Shown here piece after piece: positions 22,644-33,707 of a stretch of 64,000 nucleotides of DNA. The notes below the pieces were generated by a model, which saw only the letters and a program-made list of their open reading frames with translations, was not told where the DNA came from and did no database searches. Origin of the DNA: Perkinsela sp. CCAP 1560/9 (lineage: Eukaryota > Protista > Euglenozoa: Kinetoplastea). Made by a program: the position numbers and the translations under genes. Where the stretch lies: positions 2,852,001-2,916,000 of the forward strand of contig CBFFSA010000001.1 in NCBI GenBank assembly GCA_965644495.1, read 5' to 3'. Numbering within the stretch: position 1 is the stretch's first letter; each line of letters opens with the position of its first letter.

Positions 22644-23135
22644 TTAACGTGACCACGACGTAAACTTCGGAGGAGGAACAATAGGACCAGATGGGGGGTG
22701 ACCCCGCCAAATGCCTCGAAACGCGACTTCATCACCAAATGCGCTCGGCCTCTTTGCACTAAACTCCGGCCATGTCATACCAAATTGTAATAAATCTTTC
22801 AGCCTGCGCTCTGATTCAAGTCGCATCATCGCCTCGTATGTCCCGATACATTTTTGCTTCACAAATACCAATGGAAAACTAAGCACTTTATTTTCGACCA
22901 TATCCAATGCCTCTTTGTTCCATTTCGTTTGCCACATCCTCCTTAAGAGGTCTTCCACTTCGAGACCCTGTGGGTGTTTGTCGATATAGTACTGCCGAGG
23001 TTTGGCGTGGTACCAAGCTGCAATGCTGGAGAGTCGTGGCGCTCGTATTCCATCGTAAGAGAAACAAAACCAAGCTGTGTGATTCTCACAGATTGCACGC
23101 TCGATGAACGAACAAGCGCTGGACGCAGCTAACAT
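22644..23135 (-). CDS. glutaredoxin-fold-like protein lacking CxxC
   Basis: IERAICENH..YYIDKHPQGLEVEDLL..SFPLVFVKQKCIGTYEAMMRLESERRLKDLL follows the Grx pattern (TxPxVF..G.IGG...L..L...G.L..LL). Confidence 0.6.
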   Translation of the reverse strand: MLAASSACSFIERAICENHTAWFCFSYDGIRAPRLSSIAAWYHAKPRQYYIDKHPQGLEVEDLLRRMWQTKWNKEALDMVENKVLSFPLVFVKQKCIGTYEAMMRLESERRLKDLLQFGMTWPEFSAKRPSAFGDEVAFRGIWRGHPPSGPIVPPPKFTSWSR

Positions 23136-23395
23136 TTATAGAAACACATGAAACTAAGAATACGCATTTAAAACAAGTATTGTGACAATCGTCAGAACAA
23201 GTCTTTGAGAGCTACTGCTAAATAACTGAAAGATAGTGGATATCACCCTCGTACCATGTTTTCTTCTGTTTAGATAGACCTCACACCTTACACTTGTATT
23301 GTAATACAATAGCATACCTTTAACATACCTTAGATAGACCTTACACTTTTTTGTATTACAGTAGCATACCATTATAGCGAGTGCATCTCTTTGTT

Positions 23396-24757
23396 TCAGC
23401 TTCTTGAGGAGACGTGACCAAGCGCGATGGATTCAATAACATTGGTATAAGCGGGCCCAACTCTTTCCCATGTATATTTCATTGCGAATTGTTTGGCTTC
23501 GTACCCTAATGTTTCACATTTGGAAGTGTTCAGTAACGCCGCTCTTAGCATTTCTTTCAGCCGTTTCTCCGTTTTGTAAAAGAAATCCCCTTGTCGAGCT
23601 AAGGGAATGTGCTCAGGGTATACCAGACGTTTAGGAAGGATTGGCATCACACCATGAGACATGGCTTCCAAGACACTGAGTCCGAAGAAATCTTGGTTTG
23701 AAGTAACTGGAAGTATGTGGCATTTCTTGACAAGCTCGACGTACTGATCTCTTTCTGCGAATCCCCAGTGCTTGATACAATCCGAAAAGTCTTTCCGTGC
23801 GGTGCTAAAGACAGAAACAGGCCCAGATGAGGAGCTCTCGCCCAATACCACAAGATAAAAGCGATATCCCTCATTTTTCAATTCCTTGAGCACCCTGAAG
23901 AATCCCTCTGGATTCTTGTCGTATTCCCAGCGATGGTTCCATAGTACGATTGGCGCGAATGAATCAGGTGGAGATGGAGCTATACGCTTACCCTTCACCC
24001 TGCGATTCAGTAATGGTTTCCGAAACGCTGCAAGCTGGGAACATCTTTGCCGCAGCGTTCTCCAGTATTTCACCAATAGGAATTTGAAACTCAAAGAAGA
24101 ATCTACGCAAGTAAATTCAAGGTTTTCGATTGCTGGTACGCATGGGTTATTTATACCAATGTAGGCTACGGTACATTTCGCTTCCAAGCCCTCGATATAT
24201 TTTAGGTTAGTTTCCCCGTCTGGTTGAGAGCGCAAGTACTTTTGCGCTGCGTCCAAGAACGACTTTTTGTGATAATTGGAGTTGAATAGACAGAGAGAGG
24301 CCGCGAGCGCTGATCGAATCTGTATCATGGAAAAGCGATTTGATGTTCCTGCCAAAACGTCTCGATCGTTCGGTTCCCATGGATATGTCAACTGGTTTTC
24401 ATGACAATAAAGTACGATGCGATCAAATTTCGTTAGAGCCATAAAGGTGGGTACGTCAATCATGTTTGAGATAAGCACGACGTCGGGCGCGCTGTCATTG
24501 TGTCTTGAGTCAACGCGATTGAACCTCGCGTTGAACTCCTGTGCAAGTCGGACGGCGCCAAATTCCATGCGCCATTTCCAATGCTGTCCAGGAAGAGTCA
24601 GCATTGAAACGAAATATGACGGTTTCGCAATATCCTCTGCACCACAGACCAGCGACTCCAAATATTGGCGTAAAGCTTTCGCCCATGTCGCATGACTCCC
24701 ACAAAAATAAGGCTCAATGATTACTACATGTACAGCGTTTTTCAGCTCTTGTGTCAT
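23396..24757 (-). CDS. GTDC1: GTDC1/DUF3524 GT-B glycosyltransferase (homologue of tRNA-queuosine mannosyltransferase QTMAN)
   Basis: IEPYFCGSH..TLPGQHWKWRM..YCHENQLTYP..FNSNYH..LWNHRWEYDKNPEGFF..QDFFGLSVLEA..PKRLVYPE. Confidence 0.88.
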   Translation of the reverse strand: MTQELKNAVHVVIIEPYFCGSHATWAKALRQYLESLVCGAEDIAKPSYFVSMLTLPGQHWKWRMEFGAVRLAQEFNARFNRVDSRHNDSAPDVVLISNMIDVPTFMALTKFDRIVLYCHENQLTYPWEPNDRDVLAGTSNRFSMIQIRSALAASLCLFNSNYHKKSFLDAAQKYLRSQPDGETNLKYIEGLEAKCTVAYIGINNPCVPAIENLEFTCVDSSLSFKFLLVKYWRTLRQRCSQLAAFRKPLLNRRVKGKRIAPSPPDSFAPIVLWNHRWEYDKNPEGFFRVLKELKNEGYRFYLVVLGESSSSGPVSVFSTARKDFSDCIKHWGFAERDQYVELVKKCHILPVTSNQDFFGLSVLEAMSHGVMPILPKRLVYPEHIPLARQGDFFYKTEKRLKEMLRAALLNTSKCETLGYEAKQFAMKYTWERVGPAYTNVIESIALGHVSSRS

Positions 24758-24872
24758 TAAAAATAATGGAAGCTAAATCTTGAGTCACATACTTTGTGCC
24801 AGCGATGGAGCATACGGTTCTGGATTAAGAGAATTCAACACTTACATGTGAAAAAATAAAAGGCTATGGTGC

Positions 24873-26480
24873 TTATGGCTTTTGGTAGCACAGCATATAC
24901 CTCGCCTTTTGCTGCCCGTTGCTCCAAAATTTGTCAAAAAAACTACATCCATAAGATTCGGGCAAAGGACGTCCCCATAAAAAGTAATTCGAACAGGGTA
25001 TCCAAAGATGACTCAGTTCTTTTTTCATCCTTGAAGCCACATCGAATGCCAGCTTTCCATCATCAGTTACAAACGTGAATCGTCCTCCCGGCTGTAGAAT
25101 ACGATGTAATGTTCGAAGGAATGTGTTATTGTATAAGTACGTTTCGGCTTCTCCAAGTGATGGGGGTTCTGGAAAATTAACGTAAATACTGGAAAAGTAG
25201 TCAGAGGAACAAAATGACAAAGACTCTCGCGCATCACCCCCGACCAGGGACAAATGGCATGCAGGTATGCGTGCAAACGTTCTCTTGGCCCATATGTGAA
25301 ACAGTCTGTCAAAGCGCAACTCCAAACATGCCCAAGACTGATAGGAGGAAGGTAGAAAAGGTTCGGTGTGGGAGTTGTGTGCTGTACCGAGCCTTGAGGA
25401 AAGGTGTTGAATAATCCAATCTCCGGTGCCGCTACCGATTTCAAGTGCTCGTCCAGATCCAATGGCGTCCCAAGAGGAGGTGTCCCGAATTCCGTGCGCA
25501 TATACAGAAGGATCGCGCACAAAAGAAACCTGCGTACTGTCGCAATGATTCATGCCATAAGACCTTGCTTTCAAAATCAAATGCTCCCACGGCCCTAACA
25601 TGTAATCATGAAACTCATTCTTTAGATTCGATCCTTTACTGTTCTTATCACTGCTCGACGACCTGTAGTTCTCAAAGGCGGTGGCCATTGCGTTTACCAG
25701 CTTAGATTCACCTCTTATTGCAGCTGTGACACATACAGCAGCGTAACAGATCGGTGTGCCATGGGAGCGATATGTTTCGATTAAGTGCAGCGCTTCCTTG
25801 GTATGAAAACGATGACATAATATTTGTGTAAAACTTTCCACTATGTTAGAAGTAATAACCATACCGTCTTCATTAGGTGACGGACAACTCTTGTTTTCAC
25901 CTTGATTAGCGTTACGTTTCTGTATGGCTTCCGCAAAAATAAATCTCGCCAGCTGCAAATGACCTGTGTGTAGACATAACCTCAAAATAGTTTGCCATGT
26001 TCTGATATTTGGGGTAATGTGAGATTGCTTCATTTCTTCATACAGATCCGCAACAAGTCGAAGATTACCATTTTCAGACGCCGCTCGGATTGCTGCTGTA
26101 TAGGCTACAACGTTAAAACGGAGTCTCTTGCCCTGTACCTGTCCTCGCAAGGCATCAAAGTACTTGAGCGCCTCGTCGTTCCTCCCCATGTGAAGGGCGA
26201 CACTCATTGCTGCAACGAACGTATGCACCGTGGGTTGTATCTGTCGTTCCTTAACAATAACAAATATTTCCTCTAATACGGACGGAGGTACGCAATTTAG
26301 ATGGCTCCATCGTCGTAAAAGAGTATTGACACCAAAGCTGTCCGTCCCTGCACGCGCTTTGCGAACACGCGCTATATCCCTCGAAAATAACTTTCGCTCA
26401 TGTGTAGATTGCCTTTCGTGGGAGCGTAGTGTTCGGTCACCTGCAATCAATTGCTCTAGCGATGGGATAAAGTTTTCCAT
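24873..26480 (-). CDS. PPR-repeat + TrmB-type tRNA (guanine-N7) methyltransferase fusion
   Basis: Three clear PPR motifs (PTVHTFVAAM.., FNVVAYTAAIRA.., PNIRTWQTIL..), then LEIGSGTGDW, CLELRFDR, IYVNFPEP, LQPGGRFTFVTDD. ATG at 26480. Confidence 0.85.
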   Translation of the reverse strand: MENFIPSLEQLIAGDRTLRSHERQSTHERKLFSRDIARVRKARAGTDSFGVNTLLRRWSHLNCVPPSVLEEIFVIVKERQIQPTVHTFVAAMSVALHMGRNDEALKYFDALRGQVQGKRLRFNVVAYTAAIRAASENGNLRLVADLYEEMKQSHITPNIRTWQTILRLCLHTGHLQLARFIFAEAIQKRNANQGENKSCPSPNEDGMVITSNIVESFTQILCHRFHTKEALHLIETYRSHGTPICYAAVCVTAAIRGESKLVNAMATAFENYRSSSSDKNSKGSNLKNEFHDYMLGPWEHLILKARSYGMNHCDSTQVSFVRDPSVYAHGIRDTSSWDAIGSGRALEIGSGTGDWIIQHLSSRLGTAHNSHTEPFLPSSYQSWACLELRFDRLFHIWAKRTFARIPACHLSLVGGDARESLSFCSSDYFSSIYVNFPEPPSLGEAETYLYNNTFLRTLHRILQPGGRFTFVTDDGKLAFDVASRMKKELSHLWIPCSNYFLWGRPLPESYGCSFFDKFWSNGQQKARYMLCYQKP

Positions 26481-27269
26481 TATCAAACACTTAATGCGTC
26501 CCGTAGTTCTTTTTCTGAATAATGAGTAAGTTAGTGCTATAAAATAAATGTATAAATGGCGAATCAATCTTGTGAAGATATAGTAATTTAACGTTCTAGG
26601 AAAGAAACTATGTATGGCCAGTATGATTGTGAAAGTAAAACATTGCTACACAAAGTTGAGAGCTTATCAATAAACTATAGCACTTCTGCATAAAGCAATA
26701 CGTTTAAAAAACGTGGTAGGCGAACTATTGTTTCTGAATCTCAGACTCGCGAAATTATGGATGATATTAAGAGGGGTGACTCTGGGGGGAGCGCCTGGAA
26801 GCGCCAAGGACCTTTGTGGATAGGAGTCACCCCTCTAAGATCCACACTGCATCCAACAAATCGATTGATGCAGATTCCGTAGCGTAGGTCGCACGCGGCA
26901 TAATTTCTCGTACGCGTTCAGAAATTCTTGTGCAACATGGAGGTCCGTATGTATTTTGTAATTCTTGGGCACGATAAATTTTGCACGACAATGCATTCGC
27001 AGTGTGAACTGCTACCTTAAACATTTTGCTTCAGTTAGTTTTAAACATTGACGAATTTTTCTGCAGAATGGATTGCGACTATAAATATGGATAATTGCGA
27101 GTATAAATATAGATATTGCGAAAATTGTGACTGGACCCGGGATCGACCTGTGAAGGGGAAACCGATACAATTATCCGGATGACATCAGGGTTTCAGGTGC
27201 ACAATCCTTGTATCAACGGATGGTCGGTTTCATCGAGATAATCTTCTTTGGAAGGGGTCTACGAGTGCA

Positions 27270-27899
27270 GTGCATGCTAAAGGATCAGATAAAACTATTG
27301 ACGAACGCATAACACAAAATCATCGGGCAGGTTCCCACTTTCAAGATGCAGAAACCTTTAAAAAATGGATAGAACTGTTTTGGCAACCACTTCTTCCGGG
27401 ACAACGGCAGACATCGATAAAACAAATGCTCATGGTTCTCTACGGTATTCGATTTGGAAATGAGCCTACAGAGGTGGCCAAGGAGTTTGGTTTAAGCGTC
27501 CGCACAGTTACTCTTTTTTCAAAGGGTTCTCAAAGTCATGCTTTCAGTTGCATACGAAACTGCTTTCGACGAAAGTCATGCTTTCAGTTGCTTTGACGAA
27601 AGCCATGCTTTCATATGATGAAAGCTGAATGTATGAATTACGTCGTGATGCCGCGAGCGGAACATTATCCTACATTGCAGAAAGATGAAACTTGCTCTTC
27701 AAAGTCTAAACGGAGAGGCAACAATCGTCCTCAGCGAATACGCAGGGAGGGATCACAGTGGGCTAGCGTTGTGGCGATCACAAACGCATATCAAAAGGCC
27801 AAAGAAGTCTTCGTCAGTCGTTTAGAAAGCCGCCAGTCGGATACGATAGGTTTTGCACATTTCGATAATGTTTCATTTTTTACATGGAACGGACCATGA
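27270..27899 (+). mobile_element. possible decayed transposase fragment (HTH)
   Basis: Antisense to the cluster in a 2-kb gap; VLYGIRFGNEPTEVAKEFGLSVRTV is HTH-like, as in IS630/Tc1 transposases. No DDE motif recognised. Confidence 0.3.
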
Positions 27900-28608
27900 T
27901 CTGACGTGGATAAAAGACGCTGTTCAGATTGTCTGTTGCAGTGAATCGTTTGCTTGCGGCAGAACTCCAATATGATTTTGACCGTTCGATCAATTTCCAT
28001 TTACATATTGAGTGTAATTGTAATTGGCCTGCAAAAGCCAAATGGGTGTAAACAACAACATACTTCCCCATTATGCACTCACATCAGGAGTGGTAAATTT
28101 ATTTTCCATAATTCTAGTCTAGAAGGTGTGGAGGGGGTTGATGATGATTGTGTATCATCCCTTCCCGTAGTCTACTCCTTCCTCGGAGTACCACCAAACG
28201 CATGCATAGATAACATGTACAGATCACTTGGAATATAGACCACTTGGAAATACGTATAAGAAACGCAACTAAACGCAATGAGGTGACAAATAAAAAGGAA
28301 CTTAAAATATAAAAAAATCTGACGACGCTTCGCGCCGCAGGCAGCCAGAGGCTTCGTCAAAAAGGACTCTTTAACCCCCTATAAGTAGGGGGGTGCCCCT
28401 CAGACTCTTAAGTGGGGGGTACAGTAAATCCTCCACCCGCTTTTTCGTACAAGCGGGCCTAGGGGGGTACGCGCAAAGTCTTTGTGTGGAAATCTTGTTT
28501 TAAAGGCGAATTTTCCTTTACTTTAACCGCAAATTGCAACAAAATCAGCTCAAACGGACACTTGGTTGAAAAGTTAGGGTGGTGACTTTTCGTTGGGGGG
28601 ATTATTAA

Positions 28609-30360
28609 TCAAGACCCGGCAATCGACGAAAAGAAGTCAAGAACTTTTGGGTGTGCTCTCACGGCTGTGGAATCAAACTGAGTAATTGATAATCCGTGCA
28701 GTGAGACACAACGGGAAAGAGCAACATAGGCTTGTCCATACTCAAAGACACTCCTATCGATCGACACTTCCAATCGATCTATAGACATTCCCTGACTTTT
28801 ATGTATACTTAATGCCCACGCTAGTCTCAATGGTATTTGTTCACGGTGGGCAACGACTTTAGAAAAGATCAGAACTTCTCGCTTGATGCGCTCAACGCGT
28901 ACGTCTGCATCCAGCACGGCAAACCGCACGACCGGCGACGCGCTCTCGGCCAGTCCTACCACAACACCTCGTGATCCGCTCACCAGGGAGCGGTGAATGT
29001 GTGGCAAAGCTGCGAGCAACACGACCTGCGCCCCCACCTTGAGTGTAATGGTTTCAGGGAGATACGTCTCACGACGAAGCACGGAATGAATGTATTCACT
29101 ATCCGCGTTGTCCTGCGCCTCGTAGGTAACACTCTCACCGGTTAGTATCTGAAGGGAAGAGGTGTTGATTGTGTCCACATCGTGGGTCATGGAGCGAAGA
29201 GAGGTTGGGTACACACCGTCCGAGTGGTTCAGCTGCCTACCAATACAGGGGGAAAAGGTATTTGAGGCACGTTCAGTAACAACACCTTTACGCAAATCGG
29301 CAAGCGCTTTCACAAGTGTCTCATCCGATTGTCTGAACACATGTTTTAGTTCGATAACGTGAGGTTTCAGATAACTCCAAGCATCTGACTCAAAACAAAA
29401 TACTTTGCCATCGTGATGCTTTCGTCGTATCACTGGTGGAAGCTGAAAGAAATCTCCTGCAAGTATCATTTGAATACCACCGAAGGGTTTCTCAGGTTGC
29501 TTCTTCAGAGTACGCCCAATTTTATCGAGCAAATCAAAAAACTGACATGAAACCATTGAAATTTCGTCAATGATAAGTTTCTTGCACTTACGCCAGGCAT
29601 GCGACACATTTGGTCGCTGTATTATGCGCGGTATCATCTGTTCAAGCGTCAAGTCTTCGGATGAAGCCCCAACACCTGCAAAGCTATGCAAAGTCTGACC
29701 ACCTATCTCAATTGCGGCAATGGCAGTGCTTGCTGTTACACAGATGCTTTCAGAGGGATAGCGCGTGACTAAGTGCTGAAGCAAAAATGTTTTCCCCGTA
29801 CCGGCGCAACCAGTTAGAAATATGTGCTCACCTTGTCGAAGCCTCTCTAGAGCTTCTTCCTGCTCTTCACTTAAAGGAAAAGTTTGACTGCTGGGTAATT
29901 CCATGAACGATCTCGCATCTTCCGACGCAACATCTTCCAGTTCAACTCTTCTATCGTGAGCTTCGCGTGTTCTCTTGTTTTCGGATTTCGAAACATTCAT
30001 AGGAATACTGTGCCAAAGTGATCGGCTTGCAATCATCTCATAGAGCTTTTCCAAGTCGGGAACAGATTCTGGTGCAGCTTGTATGTGCATGGTGATATGT
30101 TTACGTTCTAAATGAGAAAGAGTGAGCGACATCTTTCCGTCACGCACAGAGTTGCCGAAAACTTTTCGAATGCTCCCAAGTCTAAAAAAAATACCTTGTC
30201 CGGTTTTGTGCTTCGAATTTTTTACTACAAGACATTGCCCCAAATCTGTCTCGTTGGTCAGGTATGCCTGAGTTCCACCCCATGGACGAATTAGTTCGCC
30301 GTTTTCTGATTCTATAAATATTTTGCCCACCACCGCATCATCGCAAGCTTTACGAGGCAT
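28609..30360 (-). CDS. PIF1: PIF1-family 5'-3' DNA helicase
   Basis: IFLTGCAGTGKT, GGQTLHSFAG, LIIDEISM, KPFGGIQMILAGDFFQLPPV, VFRQSD, QIPLRLAWALSIHKSQGMS, GQAYVALSR. Confidence 0.96.
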   Translation of the reverse strand: MPRKACDDAVVGKIFIESENGELIRPWGGTQAYLTNETDLGQCLVVKNSKHKTGQGIFFRLGSIRKVFGNSVRDGKMSLTLSHLERKHITMHIQAAPESVPDLEKLYEMIASRSLWHSIPMNVSKSENKRTREAHDRRVELEDVASEDARSFMELPSSQTFPLSEEQEEALERLRQGEHIFLTGCAGTGKTFLLQHLVTRYPSESICVTASTAIAAIEIGGQTLHSFAGVGASSEDLTLEQMIPRIIQRPNVSHAWRKCKKLIIDEISMVSCQFFDLLDKIGRTLKKQPEKPFGGIQMILAGDFFQLPPVIRRKHHDGKVFCFESDAWSYLKPHVIELKHVFRQSDETLVKALADLRKGVVTERASNTFSPCIGRQLNHSDGVYPTSLRSMTHDVDTINTSSLQILTGESVTYEAQDNADSEYIHSVLRRETYLPETITLKVGAQVVLLAALPHIHRSLVSGSRGVVVGLAESASPVVRFAVLDADVRVERIKREVLIFSKVVAHREQIPLRLAWALSIHKSQGMSIDRLEVSIDRSVFEYGQAYVALSRCVSLHGLSITQFDSTAVRAHPKVLDFFSSIAGS

Positions 30361-30639
30361 AACGTCAAGAAAAAATAACAGAAGAAGAAGCTTACACGGA
30401 ATTATGTCCCCTAAAGCGGATGAACGAAAATTTGCATCCGCTACTTTCGGAGTTGTTCGCTGGGCTGTTGGTGCAAACCCAGAAAGTTATAGAAATGTCG
30501 GATTACAAAATATACAATGATCAATTTCTCTCAAACTGCATAAAAAAATCCTATAAACAAATCCTGATGCATCCAAGTGGAATACACAACGAAGGCACCA
30601 AACCATGCAACGGCTTACTCAGTAATAGGGGGTATAGTA

Positions 30640-32292
30640 CTGTCCCCCCTATTTAGTGTTGAGTGAAATTCGGGTCAGATTGAACGAAGTTTGCACACTT
30701 TGTAAAAAAAATTCTAAAAGTGACTAAATATCAACTAATTCCAAAAGAAAATCAAAATGATGCAGAAACGACGATTTCCGCACAAAACAGTGCCACATCC
30801 AACAAAACTTGTACCAGCGGGCTTAACCTCACTTAACCTCGTTTAACGGGAGACGTGTGACAAAGTTCATTTCAAGATACCCAACATCAAATTCATCAAC
30901 AAAACCCAGCATCAAATTCATTCACCATGATTTCACCCGTAAACTGAGAACGTAAAAAAATACGGGCAAAGTTTACAAACTAGGCCCCGTTCCGGTTTAA
31001 TGTACCTGTAGCTCGTTATTGTACCATGGGGGTACAATAAGTGGGAACGATTGGTTTAATTGTACCTCCCCTGTGCAACAGAGGGCGTCGCGCATTAATT
31101 TTTTGCCTTTTTACGGATTTTAATTTTAAAATTGATTACAATTTTACCATTTTTATCAGCGAAGACAAGAAAATAGAGAAGCCCCGGTGCCGCGAAGCGA
31201 CGTAATTTTCGTTATTTTTCGGAAATTTTATTGTACCTGTAGCTACACCTGTACGTTACTTGTACGTACTTGTACCTGTACGTATTGTACCTGTAGCTAG
31301 TTATTGTACCGGGGGGAGACATTAACCCGGACGGATTGGATCTTTTCCCCTTAAAAAAGCGCGCCGCTTCGCGGCGTATTGTTTTCAAAACCCTGATTGT
31401 AGTATTTTTTCACTCGGATGGGGATACAGCTTTATGAACGCTGTGGGGCATTTGTATAAAGGCCTGTGGGGGGACAGCTTGTAAAGGGGGGTACAGCTAT
31501 GAAGGCTAGGTCTGGCAAGCAAAGTATAAAGGAGAAACAAACAAGGAAAGAATGAATACAACCCCGCTCACCAAAAATGGAACCAACGTTTATGGAGGGA
31601 CGAGTCTTGCATTTTGTTGATCGCAAGTATCACCCTGTATGATTAAAGCAAATTAAATGAGACAATGACGTCGTATACGTCATCATCCCTCGCAGATGTC
31701 ACCTTCATTATGAAGAACGTATGAAGAACGTACGTATGAAGGCTTCATACGTGAAGTGAAATCTTCGTTGCTCTCAACAGGGCTCATCATATAAAAAGGA
31801 GGATATTGTAAAAAAAATATGCATTATTGTGGAGGGTATATTAATTGTACATTTGATTTGTGTAATGCATACACCGTTCGTATACAGCACCGTATACAGC
31901 GTACACCGTATTTTCACAGTAAGGCGGCTACAAACGTACTGTATGTACACAAACTGTAACGACTCCAAACTGTATGTACGGTAGCAAACTAAAAAAAGGC
32001 GACTACAAACTGTATGTACGGTAACAAACTAAAAAAAACTACACTTTAAGCTACTTTGTACGTGTACAATCCATTTTTTTGGGCTAAAATAGACCTCGTT
32101 CGACCTCAAATGCAAAGCGCGGGTTCGGTGCGGGTTCGGTGATGCACACCCGCAGTCCCTCTAAAGTAGAAATCGGTAAACAATCACAAATAACAAGCAA
32201 AGATAAGCTTCGTGGGGCCTGTACGCACCGAACCCAAAATTAAACACCAAATAGGAGGGGTTCAGCACTCAATAGTAAATAGGGGGGGGCAG
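30640..32292. mobile_element. non-autonomous TIR element (MITE-like, TA-flanked) containing nested elements
   Basis: TA|CTGTCCCCCCTATTTAGTGTTGAGTG ... CACTCAATAGTAAATAGGGGGGGGCAG|TA. Confidence 0.75.
30987..31334. mobile_element. nested TIR element with TGTACC sub-repeats
   Basis: CCGTTCCGGTTTAATGT ... ACATTAACCCGGACGG imperfect inverted termini; repeated TGTACCTGTA motifs near both ends. Confidence 0.55.
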
Positions 32293-32322
32293 TAATAAGA
32301 ATTCTGAGTCCTAAAATGATTA

Positions 32323-33292
32323 CTCCCCCTGTCACTAATAATGATAACCTTAAAAATTATCATTCTATGTGGTGAAAACTCTTAAAAAACTATCAACTTA
32401 TTTTCATGCACGCAGGATGTTTTTACAAAAATTTTTATGTCTTAAAAAAACGTTTTTTGAACTACAAAATTATCAACCTATTTTCATGTTTTAGACCGTA
32501 TTTTCGTATTTATTTTTCCATGACTTCTCGATCACTGAAAAAGAAGCGCCCATTAGATGAATTGGGCTCCATTGAAAAATTTACAAACTTTGGTGGACGA
32601 CCATCTTCTAAGAGGTATAATAATCTCTCTAAAATAGTCTCAAAAAAATTATCATTCTTGAGGATTATCATTATCAGTATTAATGGACACTATGCAGTTG
32701 TCCACTGCCATCCAGTGCCATGCGCTGCCATCCAGTGCCATCCAAAACAGAGATATGAGCGAGTATCGAAGGCTTTTTTTGTGTTTTGGAGGACCCAAGA
32801 ACCTTCCATTTCCGCCGGATGTTGTAGGACAAGTGATGGCCATGATATGAAAAAGGGGCTAATGTCGGATTCAATTGTACTCATTTTTCAAAAACACGTC
32901 TTTTTCTTTCCTTTTGCAAAATAAGATATTTTCTCGGTCTCTTCTTGTGCGTGCTCTGTCATGCACATGTGCGGACCTGAGTTGAATTTTAAAGTGAAAG
33001 CATGATGGGGACACACCAACAATTTTGAAGATTTTTTGCGTTGTGACCGAAGAGAAATGTCCTCACGATCACGAGGGTGGGAAAGTTCGTGACTCTGTTT
33101 TTAGTATTTGTTGGAGACGATGTAAGCACGTAAGTTTTAGAAAACAGTTGTCTCGATTACTTCCTTACTTTTATTCAGATGTGCGCCAACCGTCCCACAA
33201 ATTTTAGTTTTGGGTACTTGTAGTACACAAGTACATAAAAATGAGTCATCCAGTGCCATCCAAATCTTCATAGTGTCCAATGACAGGGGGAG
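32323..33292. mobile_element. TIR element whose left TIR is split by a second TIR element (32335-32677)
   Basis: Right end reverse-complements to CTCCCCCTGTCATTGGACACTATG. Left shows CTCCCCCTGTCA, then an insert bounded by CTAATAATGATAACCT / AGGATTATCATTATCAG, then TGGACACTATG. Confidence 0.65.
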
Positions 33293-33707
33293 TGTTTCCT
33301 AATAAATATAAGTCCCAAAAACGTGAAATACTTCTTTTCTCAAAATCTCATCGCAGCCTCGTACAGATCATTTGTCACAAATTTGAAGAACAAACGTTCA
33401 ACTTGAATCAAGACTACGGTCAAATTAAATCAAGAAAGTCTTGAATCAAGACTAAGCTTGCGTTTTAGGCGACCGTTAAAAATCAAGAGATCAACCCGGT
33501 GCGTGCAGGAGAGAAATAACACCAGCGGCTGTAGTACAGTAAGATACTGACTCTAAAACACATGATCTATTTATTGGTGAAAAGAGGTCTTATTCCCCTG
33601 AAAAAAACCTGATTTTTTCTTGCCAGTTTCGAATAAAAAATTTCAGTATTTCAGCAAAAAATTTCAGTATCTAAGCCAGCGTTCAAACATCATGGCTCTG
33701 CTGCTTA

